Source: Macrostomum lignano
Taxonomy: Eukaryota
DNA: 64,000 nucleotides
Direction of reading: 5' to 3'
Assembly (NCBI GenBank): GCA_002269645.1
Contig: NIVC01000307.1
Coordinates: forward strand, 124,001-188,000
A program made the position numbers and the translations under genes. The stretch's first letter is position 1, and every line of letters starts with the position of its first letter. The notes below the pieces were generated by a model. That model was not told where the DNA came from, searched no databases, and saw only the letters and a program-made list of their open reading frames with translations. Below are positions 1-14,771 of the stretch, one piece after another.

Positions 1-3392
<3,392 letters not shown>

Positions 3393-3514
3393 TACTAAGC
3401 TAACACCTTCAACTATGAACTGACCGTTAATAACGCGCACATACTGTTCATATATTGTTCAACAGGCCATTGCTAACCTTCGAGTCACAGAGAGGGTACA
3501 TGCCAAGGTTGTTG

Positions 3515-3553
3515 CAAGGACCACTGTAGTACACTGTACTACAGTAGTCCTTG
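3515..3553. mobile_element. 39-bp hairpin mini-element with CAAGGAC(T/C)AC termini
   Basis: caaggaccactgtagtaca-c-tgtactacagtagtccttg is a near-perfect inverted repeat. It is flanked by ggttgttg and ggttgtta (7/8 TSD). Confidence 0.6.
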
Positions 3554-4188
3554 GGTTGTTATACACCCTGCGTGAGCGTGCGTGTGCTCAGACTGAGTAG
3601 AGTCCATGCATGTTTGTTCGTTTTCTTCTCTCTCTCTTGAGCGTATTTTCTAGAACAGTTGCCTTTTTACCTATCTCCAGCGTACACTTTGGTTTCTTCT
3701 TTTTGTTTGTTGCTTATTTGAGAATATCGAAGACTTTACCAGCGTGTGAGAGCACAACTATTTTATTACCAAAATGGGAAAATAAAAAAGCGAGCAATTG
3801 GGGAACACGAGAATTTCCCGCAGGAAGTTTTACCGCCGAGGTTTGCCCGCAGGGTTTTTACAGTCTATAGACAATGCTTGACTAGATTAGAACTAGACTA
3901 AACTAGACTAGACTAGACATAAACTTGACTAGATTAGAACTAGACTAGATTTCAAATCCGATTGGATTTGACTTGAATTTCCGACAGGAGAAACCCTGAG
4001 GGAAAACCTCGGCGGGAAATTCTCATAGACCCGAGCAATTATTGTACTAATAATGCAACTAGTGACAGGTAGCTGCTGTCTGTCTCAGCCACATTCATTT
4101 ATGCTTTAGAGAGTGCACATGCCTGACGATTAGAAAGAATCAGGACCGTTGTACACCCTGTGTGAGCGTGTGTATGAGTGTGTGCCTT

Positions 4189-4620
4189 CCTGTTATACAA
4201 CGCCGAGACCTGGACGCTGACAGACTCGCTCGAGGCTCAAGTCGACGCGGCGCACGCTGGCCTGCTGCGCGCCGCCTTCAAGATCGGCAACGAGCGAGTC
4301 ACCAACACGGCGCTCTATCATCGCGCCGCCCTGGCCCGTCCTAGCGATCTGCTGCGCCGTCGGCGACTCCAGCTGGCAGGCCACGTCATCCGCGCCGAGG
4401 CCTACTGTCCGGAGCCGGTGCAGGAGGTGCTGCTACTTACGTTGCAGGCACCCTACCGGCGGGGACAGGCGAGGACTCGGCGCTACGTCGACTGTCTGCT
4501 GGCTGACGCCGGCGCCCCGGACTCTGCCGGCGGTGCAGCGTTTGTTCGCGCCCAAGCTTCGAAGCGCGCCATCTGACGCTGCTTTTGCGAACTGACAGCG
4601 TACTCTGTTGTTGTTGTTGT
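4189..4620 (+). mobile_element. 5'-truncated RTE-like LINE fragment (RT C-terminus, 3' UTR, (GTT)n tail)
   Basis: Translation LLYNAETWTLT...LRRRRLQLAGHVIR is typical of RTE-type RT C-termini. (GTT)n tail to 4620. TSD tgtgcctt at 4181-4188 and 4621-4628. Confidence 0.8.
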
Positions 4621-4757
4621 TGTGCCTTCGTACAGTATTGGAGCGCTTGTATGTCAGCTCAGGAGTCAGCGAAATGGACAATTATGCAACCATCCTGCAA
4701 AATGGTTATTATTAAATACCAGAATACCACACAGCTGCCTAACACCACAAATTTGGG

Positions 4758-4827
4758 CTAGGGTTAGGATTAGGGTTAGGGTTAGGGTTAGGTTAGGATT
4801 AGGGTTAGGGTTATGTCTAGGGTTAGG
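4758..4827 (+). repeat. Interstitial telomere-like (TTAGGG)n tract, degenerate
   Basis: About 11 perfect and imperfect TTAGGG units. Confidence 0.85.
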
Positions 4828-4853
4828 TTGGCAGTGAAATATGGTGTACTAGG

Positions 4854-5321
4854 CAAGGACTACTAAAGTAGATGTTAATGAGGCTGGTTTTCGCCGAAAA
4901 ATACACTACGGAGATAGGAAGTTTTCATTTTTTCAACACAAAAATTGCTATTGCTTTTGATAGGAGGCAAACATAGAATCTGAACGAAAAGATTCTACGT
5001 ATGTTCACCTTTGAATTACATGTTGCGCCTTTCTTATTGCTCTATTGATATTTATAAATCTTTTCGTTCAGAAAATTAGGATTCTATGTTTGCTTTTTAA
5101 CGATTTTAGGTAAATGAAATGTATGTTAGAATAAAAAATTGACATGGAGTTCTAATATTCTAAACGAAAAGATTATAAAAATCAATAGAGCTAAAAAATG
5201 CACAACATATCAAAAGATGAACACTGGGTCTCCCCTCTATCAAAAGCAATAACAATCTTTGTGTTGAAAAAATGAAAACTTGCTATCTCCGCAGTGTATT
5301 TTTTCTTTAGGTAGTCCTTTG
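4854..5321. mobile_element. Foldback MITE with long inverted repeats and CAAGGACTAC termini
   Basis: 4900-4965 is the reverse complement of ~5232-5300, with further internal inversion. Flanks are gtactagg and gtactaat. A partial related copy lies at ~10383-10520. Confidence 0.75.
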
Positions 5322-6039
5322 GTACTAATTAAGCTACACATTAGTAATAAACATCATAAAAATTCCCAAAAATACACTATAAGGTCAATATCTATGGCAC
5401 TTAAATGGCGACATTGCTCCGTCTCGTTTCTCGAAAACCATTTTAGTAAAATAAGAAAACACTATAACAATTAGCAATATCCGCCCACGCATAGATAGCT
5501 CTACCTGGGGGGGGGGGGTTGTCGCCTATACTCGAACTGCAGACGGTTCAAGTGAGAAAACAATCACTGGAGAGCAGCAACACAGCCAGTCTACAGACGG
5601 GGAAAAAGCAAATTTATGCAATTCTATTTCTGCTTGAATTAAAATGCAGAGCTTTTAGGATTTTTCCACAGCATTTATTTCCCAGTTTGATATATTAAGC
5701 TTTTTAATTTAATATTTAATCACTTCACTTTAAAGACAGCGCGCATCCATGCGAACAGAAGCCTCTATCCAGCCTTTCGTCTGACAAAAAATGCCTTCTA
5801 TTGCCATAATTGCCTTTGTCTTGGTGGGGAATTTTCCAGATTAACTGCTGATTTTGACACTTTTCCTGCATTCAGTGTAGAGAGCAGAGAGCTCTGTTTG
5901 AGCCGCTTGTCCATCTTCTATTCTAATCAGTATTGGGATCTACAGACTTAGTATAATAATCCATAACAATATATTAAATCTCTAATTATAATCTAAAGGC
6001 CTGATGGCCCATTTAAAATCGGTAGAATCATCAATAGTC

Positions 6040-6500
6040 CATAAGATCTATAGAATTGATAGTCCAAATGATTCTAAACTTAGTATAGTTCACAAGATCC
6101 ATAGGCCTGATAATCCATAAGATCTATAGACTTGCTGGTCCATAAGATCTATAGACGTAATATTTCATATAATCTATAGAATTGATTATCCAAATGATCT
6201 ATCGACTTGATGGTCCATATGATCTAAAGACTTGGTAGTCTATACGATCTATAGACTTGATAGTTCATAAGATAAGTATACCTGATAGTCCAGTTTATAT
6301 GATCTATAGACTTTGATAGTCCATACGATCTATAGACTTGGTAGTCTATACGATCTATAGACTTGATAGTTCATAAGATAAGTATACCTGATAGTCCAGT
6401 TTATATGATCTATAGACTTTGATAGTCCATACGATCTATAGACTTGGTAGTCTATGCGATCTATAGGCTTGATAGTTTATATGATCTATAGACCTGCTAT
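6040..6500 (+). repeat. Degenerate ~23-bp gatctatagacttgatagtccat tandem repeat with a higher-order duplication
   Basis: Recurrent gatctatagac(t/c)tg units; the segment starting near 6226 recurs near 6326. Confidence 0.75.
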
Positions 6501-7412
6501 TTCATTAGGTCTAGAATTGTAATATGGATAGTCCAAAAATCTATAGGCCTCTCCAATGGGGGTCTAGATCGCTAGTCCCAATTGCTCAATATCATATTGG
6601 AAAATGGAAAATCTATGAATAGCACAACCTTTCAGACACTAAACAAAAGAAAAATATATGCACGCAATAGATTTTTTATGCAGAGTTTTAATTTAGAACC
6701 AATATGGCATTGCCTTTGTTTTAGCGGATTGGCAAAATTAAACTAATTAAATTCCACTTCTACAGGCTATGCGTGCACCAATACACGCTCTTTTTCTCTA
6801 TTGCTTACGTCAAGGCAAAGACTAGGGCGCCCCTTAGTCTCTAAGTAGTCCCTGGTTGTGGCGCCCCTTACTACTGGCGCCCCCCGCATTGTTCATGTGT
6901 ACAATGACACTCTCCCCATTAGATGGCGCCACACGGTTTCGACCTCTAAATATGCTCCCAAATCGGAAATCCTGACAAGAATTGTAGCTTGTAGAAAAAA
7001 AATCATATATAAATTTTCTAATAAATAAATTTTAGTCAGAGATTTGGGGTGCTAGCATCTCTGACAGGTTTCCGTTGCTATGGTAACAAGCAAAGCAACG
7101 CAATCCGGAATTGTAATTAAATAAACTACAATAAAGTACTGTCTAAAATACCCGGAAAGCTATAACAATTATTAATTGATTTAATAAATTCAAACCTCAT
7201 TGACGAAATAAAAACCATTGAAGTTTTAAAAATAGAAATGGACAGACAAAAGTCAAAACTAATTGAGTTTCGGCAAAATCAAAGACTATGAATTTTCATG
7301 TCTCTGCACTTCAATGCATGCTTCAGAAAAACTCGAAACGCAAATTAATCTTCTTTTAAGTTCGCTCACATGTTAGTGATGTGGTTGACAGATGTGGTTG
7401 ATGCCAAGCATG

Positions 7413-7607
7413 AGACACCAAGAGACAGGGGGCGCCTACCAAGAGACAGGGGCGCCTACCAAGAGACAGGGGCGCCTACCAAGAGACAGGGGCGCCTACC
7501 AAGAGACAGGGGCGCCAACCAAGAGACAGGGGCGCCTACCAAGAGAGAGGGGCGCCTACCAAGAGACAGGGGCGCCTACCAAGAGACAGGGGCGCCAACC
7601 AAGAGAC
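7413..7607 (+). repeat. 20-bp minisatellite (ccaagagacaggggcgccta), ~9-10 copies
   Basis: Direct reading. Confidence 0.95.
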
Positions 7608-7842
7608 CAAATATTGGCATATCGGCATCCCTTAGGTTTGCGACCTCTACAGTTTAAATTCCTTCGATTCCTGCCCCTGTCTCTGTCTTAGTCTTTGTCC
7701 CTGTCCCTGTCTTTGTTCGCCCTGTCAGTCCAGCAGCCTGTCGCGTTGAATACATCCGGGACGCGAAACCCTAATTCGGCTGATATGTCTGCATGGGGAA
7801 ATTTCTCACACAGGTTTGTACTCAGACATGGGTGTACGGCAC

Positions 7843-8650
7843 ATCTATAGATCCTCAATAGGGATAGCAGTGCTTATCTATAGATCCTCAATAGGGATAG
7901 CGGTGCTTATCTATAGATCCTCAATAGGGATAGCGGTGCTTATCTATAGATCCTCAATAGGGATAGCGGTGCTTACATGTATCTATAGATCCTCAATAGG
8001 GATAGCGGTGCTTATCTATAGATCCTCTATAGGGATAGCAGTGCTTATCTATAGATCCTCAATAGGGATAGCAGTGCTTATCTATTGATCTTCAATAGGG
8101 ATAGCGGTGCTTATCTATAGGTCCTCAATAGGGATAGCAGTGCTTATCTATAGATCATCAATAGGGATAGCGGTGCTTATCTATAGATCCTCAATAGGGA
8201 TAGCAGTGCTTATCTATAGATCATCAATAGGGATAGCAGTGCTTATCTATAGATCCTCAATAGGGATAGCAGTGCTTATCTATAGATCATCAATAGGGAT
8301 AGCAGTGCTTATCTATAGATCCTCAATAGGGATAGCAGTGCTTATCTATAGATCCTCAATAGGGATAGCAGTGCTTATCTATAGATCATCAATAGGGATA
8401 GCAGTGCTTATCTATAGATCCTCAATAGGGATAGCAGTGCTTATCTATAGATCCTCAATAGGGATAGCAGTGCTTATCTATAGATCCTCAATAGGGATAG
8501 CAGTGCTTATCTATAGATCATCAATAGGGATAGCAGTGCTTATCTATAGATCCTCAATAGGGATAGCAGTGCTTATCTATAGATCCTCAATAGGGATAGC
8601 AGTGCTTATCTATAGATCATCAATAGGGATAGCAGTGCTTATCTATAGAT
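7843..8650 (+). repeat. 33-bp minisatellite (atctatagatcctcaatagggatagcagtgctt), ~24 copies
   Basis: Direct reading. Confidence 0.97.
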
Positions 8651-9326
8651 CCATTTATACAGGCATATAGACATATAGACATCTATAGACATTTCATTGC
8701 AAATGGTTTCTGTAGAAGACAGACACATTGCCTAAAAGCGGCATCCACGCAGACAAAGCGTCCTTTCTGTCAGTATGCTCTAGACAAAAAATGAATCAAC
8801 ATTCTATAAATAAAATTTTAATTTCAATAGACACTCTCGCATGACTTAATCATTATCGTCGGTGCATGAACAACTGGAATAAAAATACTCGGAATTACTG
8901 CATATTCATTGCTGCAGTGTGCTCTCGAAAAATCTAATTTTTTAACGTGGATTTTTTTTCACTCAGTTTGTCTGAGTTTCTCAGAATCCCACATAAATGC
9001 ACTGACGATACGGAAAATACGCGTTTATCAACGGCGTCCGGGTCATTTCTAAGAAAACTCGAGTTGTAGCGCAACCTTCTGCTTCAGTTGCATCATGCAT
9101 CATAAATGTAACATAGAAAATCTGTGCTTTCACTGCGCTTCTTCGATCCAATTTCTCTTAATTTTAAAAGATGAAAATCAATTTTGGAAACGAAAAATTC
9201 TAAATTAAGTCGCGATTAAATCCGTTAAAAACACTTGAAAATCACAAATATCTGAAAGCACTTTTTCAAAGCAAGTGGAGGTGAGTCTACATGCAAAATA
9301 AAAGAATAATCAAATTTATCGGAAAA

Positions 9327-9546
9327 ACGCCCACCTGCCGACCCACCAACGCGCTCTGGCGCTATTGGCTAAGCTTACTCGAATTGTCTATAAATACACA
9401 CTTTTAAAAGCTTGACAGTATTCGCTTACACAATATCCAAATAACCACCGCTTTTTGAAAAAAACCCAACCGGTAAGTTACGAACCGTTATTAGGAGCCG
9501 TATGGGTTTGCCGTGACATTTTACAGGTACGTTTCACCTGTTTCAG
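9327..9546 (+). promoter_or_regulatory. Promoter, non-coding first exon and 5'UTR intron of peptide gene copy 1
   Basis: Conserved block acgcccacctgcc..caccaacgcgctctggcgctattggctaagct. Inverted CCAAT (attgg) at 9364-9368, TATAAATA at 9389-9396, donor gtaagt at 9473, acceptor tttcag ending at 9546. The same order is seen in copies 2 and 3. Confidence 0.75.
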
Positions 9547-9558
9547 ACTCTGGTCACC

Positions 9559-9915
9559 ATGAGAGCAGCAGCTGGTCCCATTGTCCTGCTCGTTCTCCTG
9601 TCGGCCATCTGTTATCAAGCCGTGAACGCTCGGCCTTTCAAGTCGCCATCGAACCGACACATTTTCGAGACCGACGACCAAGCAGAGCTCGTTCAGCTGA
9701 TGCGTCGACTGCTCATCGAGGATAAGATGCTCCAGCGTGAGCAGCAGCAGCAGAGGCAGTTCGAGGAGCACTTCGATCCATCTAAAAATCGTCCCTGGAA
9801 CGCCGCCGAGAATCCAGCTGGCTTCCTGGTGGTGCCGACACCGCCAGGCCCGATTGTGGAGCGTCGCTTCAAGCCGAGCGTCACCCCGTGTCTGCTGAAG
9901 TTTTGCACCTGGTAA
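9559..9915 (+). CDS. Secreted prepropeptide copy 1 (118 aa); predicted mature peptide FKPSVTPCLLKFCTW, urotensin II/somatostatin-related-like
   Basis: Signal peptide MRAAAGPIVLLVLLSAICYQAVNA, acidic/Gln-rich propeptide, dibasic RR and a C-terminal C-X4-C ring. Kozak-like caccATG; aataaa near 10013. Confidence 0.85.
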   Translation: MRAAAGPIVLLVLLSAICYQAVNARPFKSPSNRHIFETDDQAELVQLMRRLLIEDKMLQREQQQQRQFEEHFDPSKNRPWNAAENPAGFLVVPTPPGPIVERRFKPSVTPCLLKFCTW

Positions 9916-12032
9916 ACTTGGATCGGCGGAGAGCTCACGTCGATATTTTCTCTTTGAATCAATCGATCCTAAAATTATGCGATTAGCTGAATTTCCCAAA
10001 CAAATGAGGGCAATAAATAAAAAATTCCGCCAGCTTTTGTTCGAAAATCCTATATTTTAACGTCTTTCGCGGCAACACTTCATCGGTTTTACGTTTGACG
10101 ATTTAAAATAATAAATTTAATACAGCTTGAGAGACTTTGAAGCTCATATGCATTTTCTCGCTGAATTCTAGAGACTGCATGCGAGATGCAAAAAGTTGTT
10201 TGATTTAAATTATTTTTTACTCAGTTCTTCACTGTACAAACTGCATGGTTCACTGCAAATAGCCCTGCATGTACAGCTAGCTGGCACATGTACCGAAGGC
10301 TACTCAAGTAGAAGGACGGAAACTATACGTTTCTTGGAAAATTTTAGGAGACAGAATTTAGGAGACATGTAAAAAACATTACAAAGATAGGAAGTTCTCA
10401 TTTTTCAGCACAAAAATTGTTATTGCTTTTAATAGAGGAGAGATCCAGTGTTCCTCTTTCGATATGTCCTGCCTATTCTTATTGCTCTATTGATATTCAG
10501 AAAGCTTTCTGTTTAGAAAATTACGAACCTCGAGTTACCGCCTAGACAAAGAGAGGCCTTTCTCGCTAATCGTTATTTCAAATAGTCTGATTTAAAAGCA
10601 TGTTGCTGAGCAAACAACCGGCAATCTAAAACTACAGACAAAACCAGACGCAATGAGTGCAATTTACGGAATGATCACCTTCAGCTTTACTTTAGCTTTG
10701 ATTTTAACCCCTAACAATGTCAGAAGTTAAGGTGTCAGTGCCACTCTAGTTTGCGGATGAGGCTTCATTAATTAAGGGAAGCATAACTTAATACTTGTTT
10801 TACTATCGGCCCAGTCATCGATCGCAGACTCGACTTCCCCAAGCGTCCAGGAAACGTCGCCTCCTACCGTCGCATGAGTTGCCGATGCCAATTCTTCTAG
10901 GACCTAGCCCTGCAGGGGTCCCCAACCTGAGGTCCACAGGCCATTTCTGTGTGGCCTGAAGCCCTCTTTCCAATTTTTTTCATTGCATGCAGCCCGCCGA
11001 GTCGCCTGTATTCTTTGTGATTGCAGATATATGGCATTTAAGCCTGCGAATGACTATCCGCTCGTCGGCCAATTGAAGGCGAACGTCCAGGCTAAAAATA
11101 GACGCGAAGCATGGTTTTCCTTGATAAGAAGCGCACCAGTCATCTCCCTAAATTTGCATCGACTTTGAGAAACAGACATTTTTAATTTTTATGTACTTTT
11201 TGTGGCCCGCGTATCGTATCCAATGTCTGCCACTGAGTCCTAGCCAATCGGTCATCAAGACTTTCGAGACAACCAGGAGGTGCTCAGAACAGTACAGAAT
11301 ACTGATGTCGGTTTTAGGGGTGCCACGTCGTGCTAAGCACCAAGCTCCAAATTGAGCAACAGTAAACTAGCCGGAATTGCCTCTTTGATGAGTCTCTGAA
11401 CTTCCCAGAAAGTATCCCTCCACAGCAAGTCAGTCCACAGCCAGGGACACCAACAAGACTGACTCTAAAACCACGCCTTGAAAAAGCGCCCGCCAACAGG
11501 ATGATCTACCGTTCAGCACATCGCTCATGATTGATCAAATAAATATTTTACCCACTCTGCAAATGCTGGCGGTGCGCGGTTTACATGCACAGATATAGAC
11601 GACACGTACCTGCAACCTAGAAAAACTGTCAAGAGACCACACATTGTGGACAAGGCGGCGCAGACGTACATTCGACCTCTCAATGGCCTCTGCTGAATGG
11701 CACGCAGATACTTAAATACAACAGTTGTCCTTCTTCGGGCCAGTGCGATTCAGATATATGGACCTACAGTAACTTCAGTGAGGCATCTGAAGCTCATATG
11801 AACCGGACTAGACAGACAGAAAAGCATCGAATTACTGCATCGTCGACTTATGTACTCGTAGTAACAACTACAACTGCGTCGATATCATGCTTTATCTTAA
11901 TTTTTCCATTTCCAAGCTAATAAAAATGTAGGCAATGAGAAAATCATGTCGCTAAAAATCCAATTAACAAGCACTTGAAAAACAATTAGCTACCAGTCGA
12001 CTAGATCTCAAACAAAGATAATTTTTCTGGAG

Positions 12033-12261
12033 AACGCCCACCTGCCCGTCCACCAACGCGCTCTGGCGCTATTGGCTAAGCTAATTGTCTATAAATACAA
12101 CTGTTTTATGAGCTTGCAAAGATGCTAACACAATTTCCAATTTCCAGAGCACCCTTCTTAAAAAAACCAATCGGTAAGTTACGAACAGTTACTGCTGCAA
12201 CTGCCAGTAGCCGTATGTGTTTCTCATGTCGTTTTAAATCGGTACGTTTCACCTGTTCCAG
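12033..12261 (+). promoter_or_regulatory. Promoter and 5'UTR intron of peptide gene copy 2
   Basis: Same conserved block; attgg at 12071-12075, TATAAATA at 12090-12097, donor at 12174, acceptor ending at 12261. Confidence 0.75.
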
Positions 12262-12273
12262 ACTCTGGTCACC

Positions 12274-12630
12274 ATGAGAGCAGCAGCTGGTCCCATTGTC
12301 CTGCTCGTTTTCCTGTCGGCCATCTGTTATCAAGCCGTGAACGCTCGGCCTTTCAAGTCGCCATCGAACCGACACATTTTCGAGACCGACGACCAAGCAG
12401 AGCTCGTTCAGCTGATGCTTCGACTGCTCATCGAGGAGAAGATGCTCCAGCGTGAGCAGCAGCAGCAGAGGCAGTTCGAGGAGCACTTCGATCCATCTAA
12501 AAATCGTCCCTGGAACGCCGCCGAGAATCCAGCTGGCTTCCTGGTGGTGCCGACACCGCCAGGCCCGATTGTGGAGCGTCGCTCCAAGCCGAGCGTCACC
12601 CCGTGTCTGCTGAAGTTTTGCACCTATTAA
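12274..12630 (+). CDS. Secreted prepropeptide copy 2 (118 aa); predicted mature peptide SKPSVTPCLLKFCTY
   Basis: Differs from copy 1 at 5 codons; same architecture. Confidence 0.85.
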   Translation: MRAAAGPIVLLVFLSAICYQAVNARPFKSPSNRHIFETDDQAELVQLMLRLLIEEKMLQREQQQQRQFEEHFDPSKNRPWNAAENPAGFLVVPTPPGPIVERRSKPSVTPCLLKFCTY

Positions 12631-14166
12631 GCTTGGAGCCTCCGAAAGCTCAGAAAGATCGGGCACTCGAAGTGAAGTCTAACAAACTTATCTTAGCTAG
12701 TGTTGAACCCACCTGTCTTTTAATTTTAACTAATCGATCCTAAAGTTATAGAGTCGAATGTCCCCGCTCAATAAAAAAATCGTGCAAATTTTCTTTCCAG
12801 AAATCCCCTATTTTGAACAAGCCTTTTGTGGCCAAGTTTTATCGATCTTATCGGTAATGGCTTCAAATAAATCCTTTATTACATCTTGGGACAGAAAAAC
12901 TCTTGGTAGCATATTGTCTCTCTTAATTCGCTCGTAGCGAGATCGCAAACAGTGGTTTGATATTTTTTCATTTTTTGACTTAATTCTCTATCGTATAGAC
13001 TAGATGTAGCTCAGAATTTTGCATTTCAATGCATTTAGACTGTACGTATCGAGCCATAGTAGATGTACATGTGCTGGCACCCTGAATATGCAGCGCTTTG
13101 CTGACAATCGATTAACTATAATTTTAACCACTCTGGTGATGATGCACATGTATGCATGAGTATGAGTAATTGCGGCCTTGAACCATCCAAAGACAAGAAA
13201 ACACAAATTCACCGGTGGGATGTTTCTGCTCTCAGGCGCGCCCCAGGGTCGCCGCTTTTTTCCAAGTCAGTAGTTATCACGGCGCTCAGCCTTTAAGTAT
13301 TCCATCGGTGACACCTGGCATGGATACTATTTAACAGTCCAACTTTAGCATTATATTTTTCTCTAATCGATCACAAACATAGATAGATAGATACCTACCT
13401 ACCGACAAACAATTTTTAGTATAGTGGATTATATGTTAGTCCCCATGAACATGTAAAAAGCCAAGTCTGGCTTCTGCGGAATAAAGGTGTTTAAAGCAGC
13501 AAGCATGTACTCCCATCCTGATATCAATCTTGATAGCTTATTAAATTTCCCTCGTGTGTCATGGCCGAGCCGAGAATTGAATTGCCTTCGTTCTAATCTA
13601 AAATTGGGCCTTCAAAACGTCCAGATTCCAGAGATTTACAAGGAATAATCCCATCGAGCGCGCTTGCGATTCTATCAAGACGGTGTGAATCCAGCGACAT
13701 ATTCCGTCACAGGATGCACTTGTGGAACCCGACGCAGGCAGTCGCTTAAATTGTGTACGACAGTATCTGATTGGCCCCTCTACGAGTAGTCGGTTGTCGT
13801 CTTGGTATGGACTTGAAAAACCACATAGAAGCGATAAAAATTGGTAACTAACTAATAATAATGACGATAATTCCATTGCGCATTATGTAATTGGAAAAAA
13901 AACATTTTATTTAAATTATTTTACTATATTGGTAAATTAAAAAATGACGACCATCAATTGACTTAATTGACTTACAAAGTTCAGAGCGACAGATGCGTCA
14001 ATTTGATGCTTTCTCTTAGTTTTTTTTCAAGCTGATAAAAAATTAAATAACGAAAAAATGAAATGGCTCGATAATCAGTGTAAAAGCTGTTGAAAATTTT
14101 CAATTATCTGTCCATCAGTTAATAAAAAAGTGGAAAGTCTGTGGCTAAAAAATAATTTATCAGGAC

Positions 14167-14396
14167 AACGCCTACTTGCCGCCGGCCCACCAACGCGCTC
14201 TGGCGCCATTGGCTAAGCTTATTGTCTATAAATACAGTTGTTTTAGGCGCTTAACAAATTCGCCTACACAATTTTCTGATTAACACGCACTTCTTAAAGA
14301 AACCCAATCGGTAAGTTACGAACCGTTATTACTGCAACTGCCAGTAGCCGTATGGGTTTGCCGTGACATTTTACAGGTACGTTTCACCTGTTTCAG
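14167..14396 (+). promoter_or_regulatory. Promoter and 5'UTR intron of peptide gene copy 3
   Basis: Conserved block; attgg at 14208-14212, TATAAATA at 14227-14234, donor at 14311, acceptor ending at 14396. Confidence 0.75.
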
Positions 14397-14408
14397 ACTC
14401 TGGTCACC

Positions 14409-14771
14409 ATGAGAGCAGCAGCTGGTCCCATTGTCCTGCTCGTTCTCCTGTCGGCCATCTGTTATCAAGCCGTGAACGCTCGGCCTTTCAAGTCGCCATC
14501 GAACCGACACATTTTCGAGACCGACGACCAAGCAGAGCTCGTTCAGCTGATGCGTCGACTGCTCATCGAGGAGAAGATGCTCCAGCGTGAGCAGCAGCAG
14601 CAGAGGCAGTTCGAGGAGCACTTCGATCCATCTAAAAATCGTCCCTGGAACGCCGCCGAGAATCCAGCTGGTTTTCCAATGGCACCAACACCGCCAGGTC
14701 CGATTGTGGAGCGTCGCTTCAAGCCGAGCGTCACCCCGTGTCTGAGTAAGTTCTGCACCTGGTCAACTTAA
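14409..14771 (+). CDS. Secreted prepropeptide copy 3 (120 aa); predicted mature peptide FKPSVTPCLSKFCTWST
   Basis: Nearly identical to copy 1 over the first two-thirds and diverged in the last third. Confidence 0.85.
   Translation: MRAAAGPIVLLVLLSAICYQAVNARPFKSPSNRHIFETDDQAELVQLMRRLLIEEKMLQREQQQQRQFEEHFDPSKNRPWNAAENPAGFPMAPTPPGPIVERRFKPSVTPCLSKFCTWST

Noticed and set aside
4758-4827. Telomere or chromosome-fusion site
   Set aside because: Only ~70 bp, degenerate, single orientation and adjacent to TE fragments.
9519-9546. ttttacag|gtacgt as a recursive splice site in the 5'UTR intron
   Set aside because: Absent in copy 2, and the intron is under 100 nt; more simply an alternative acceptor or chance.
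13598-13876. 92-aa minus-strand ORF with a hydrophobic N-terminus
   Set aside because: No promoter, splice or family evidence, and the composition is not like neighbouring exons.
9478-14621. Antisense ORFs over the three peptide genes (e.g. 9478-9999, 12106-12666, 14316-14621)
   Set aside because: Shadows of GC-rich sense CDSs; promoter, splice and signal-peptide evidence all favour the plus strand.
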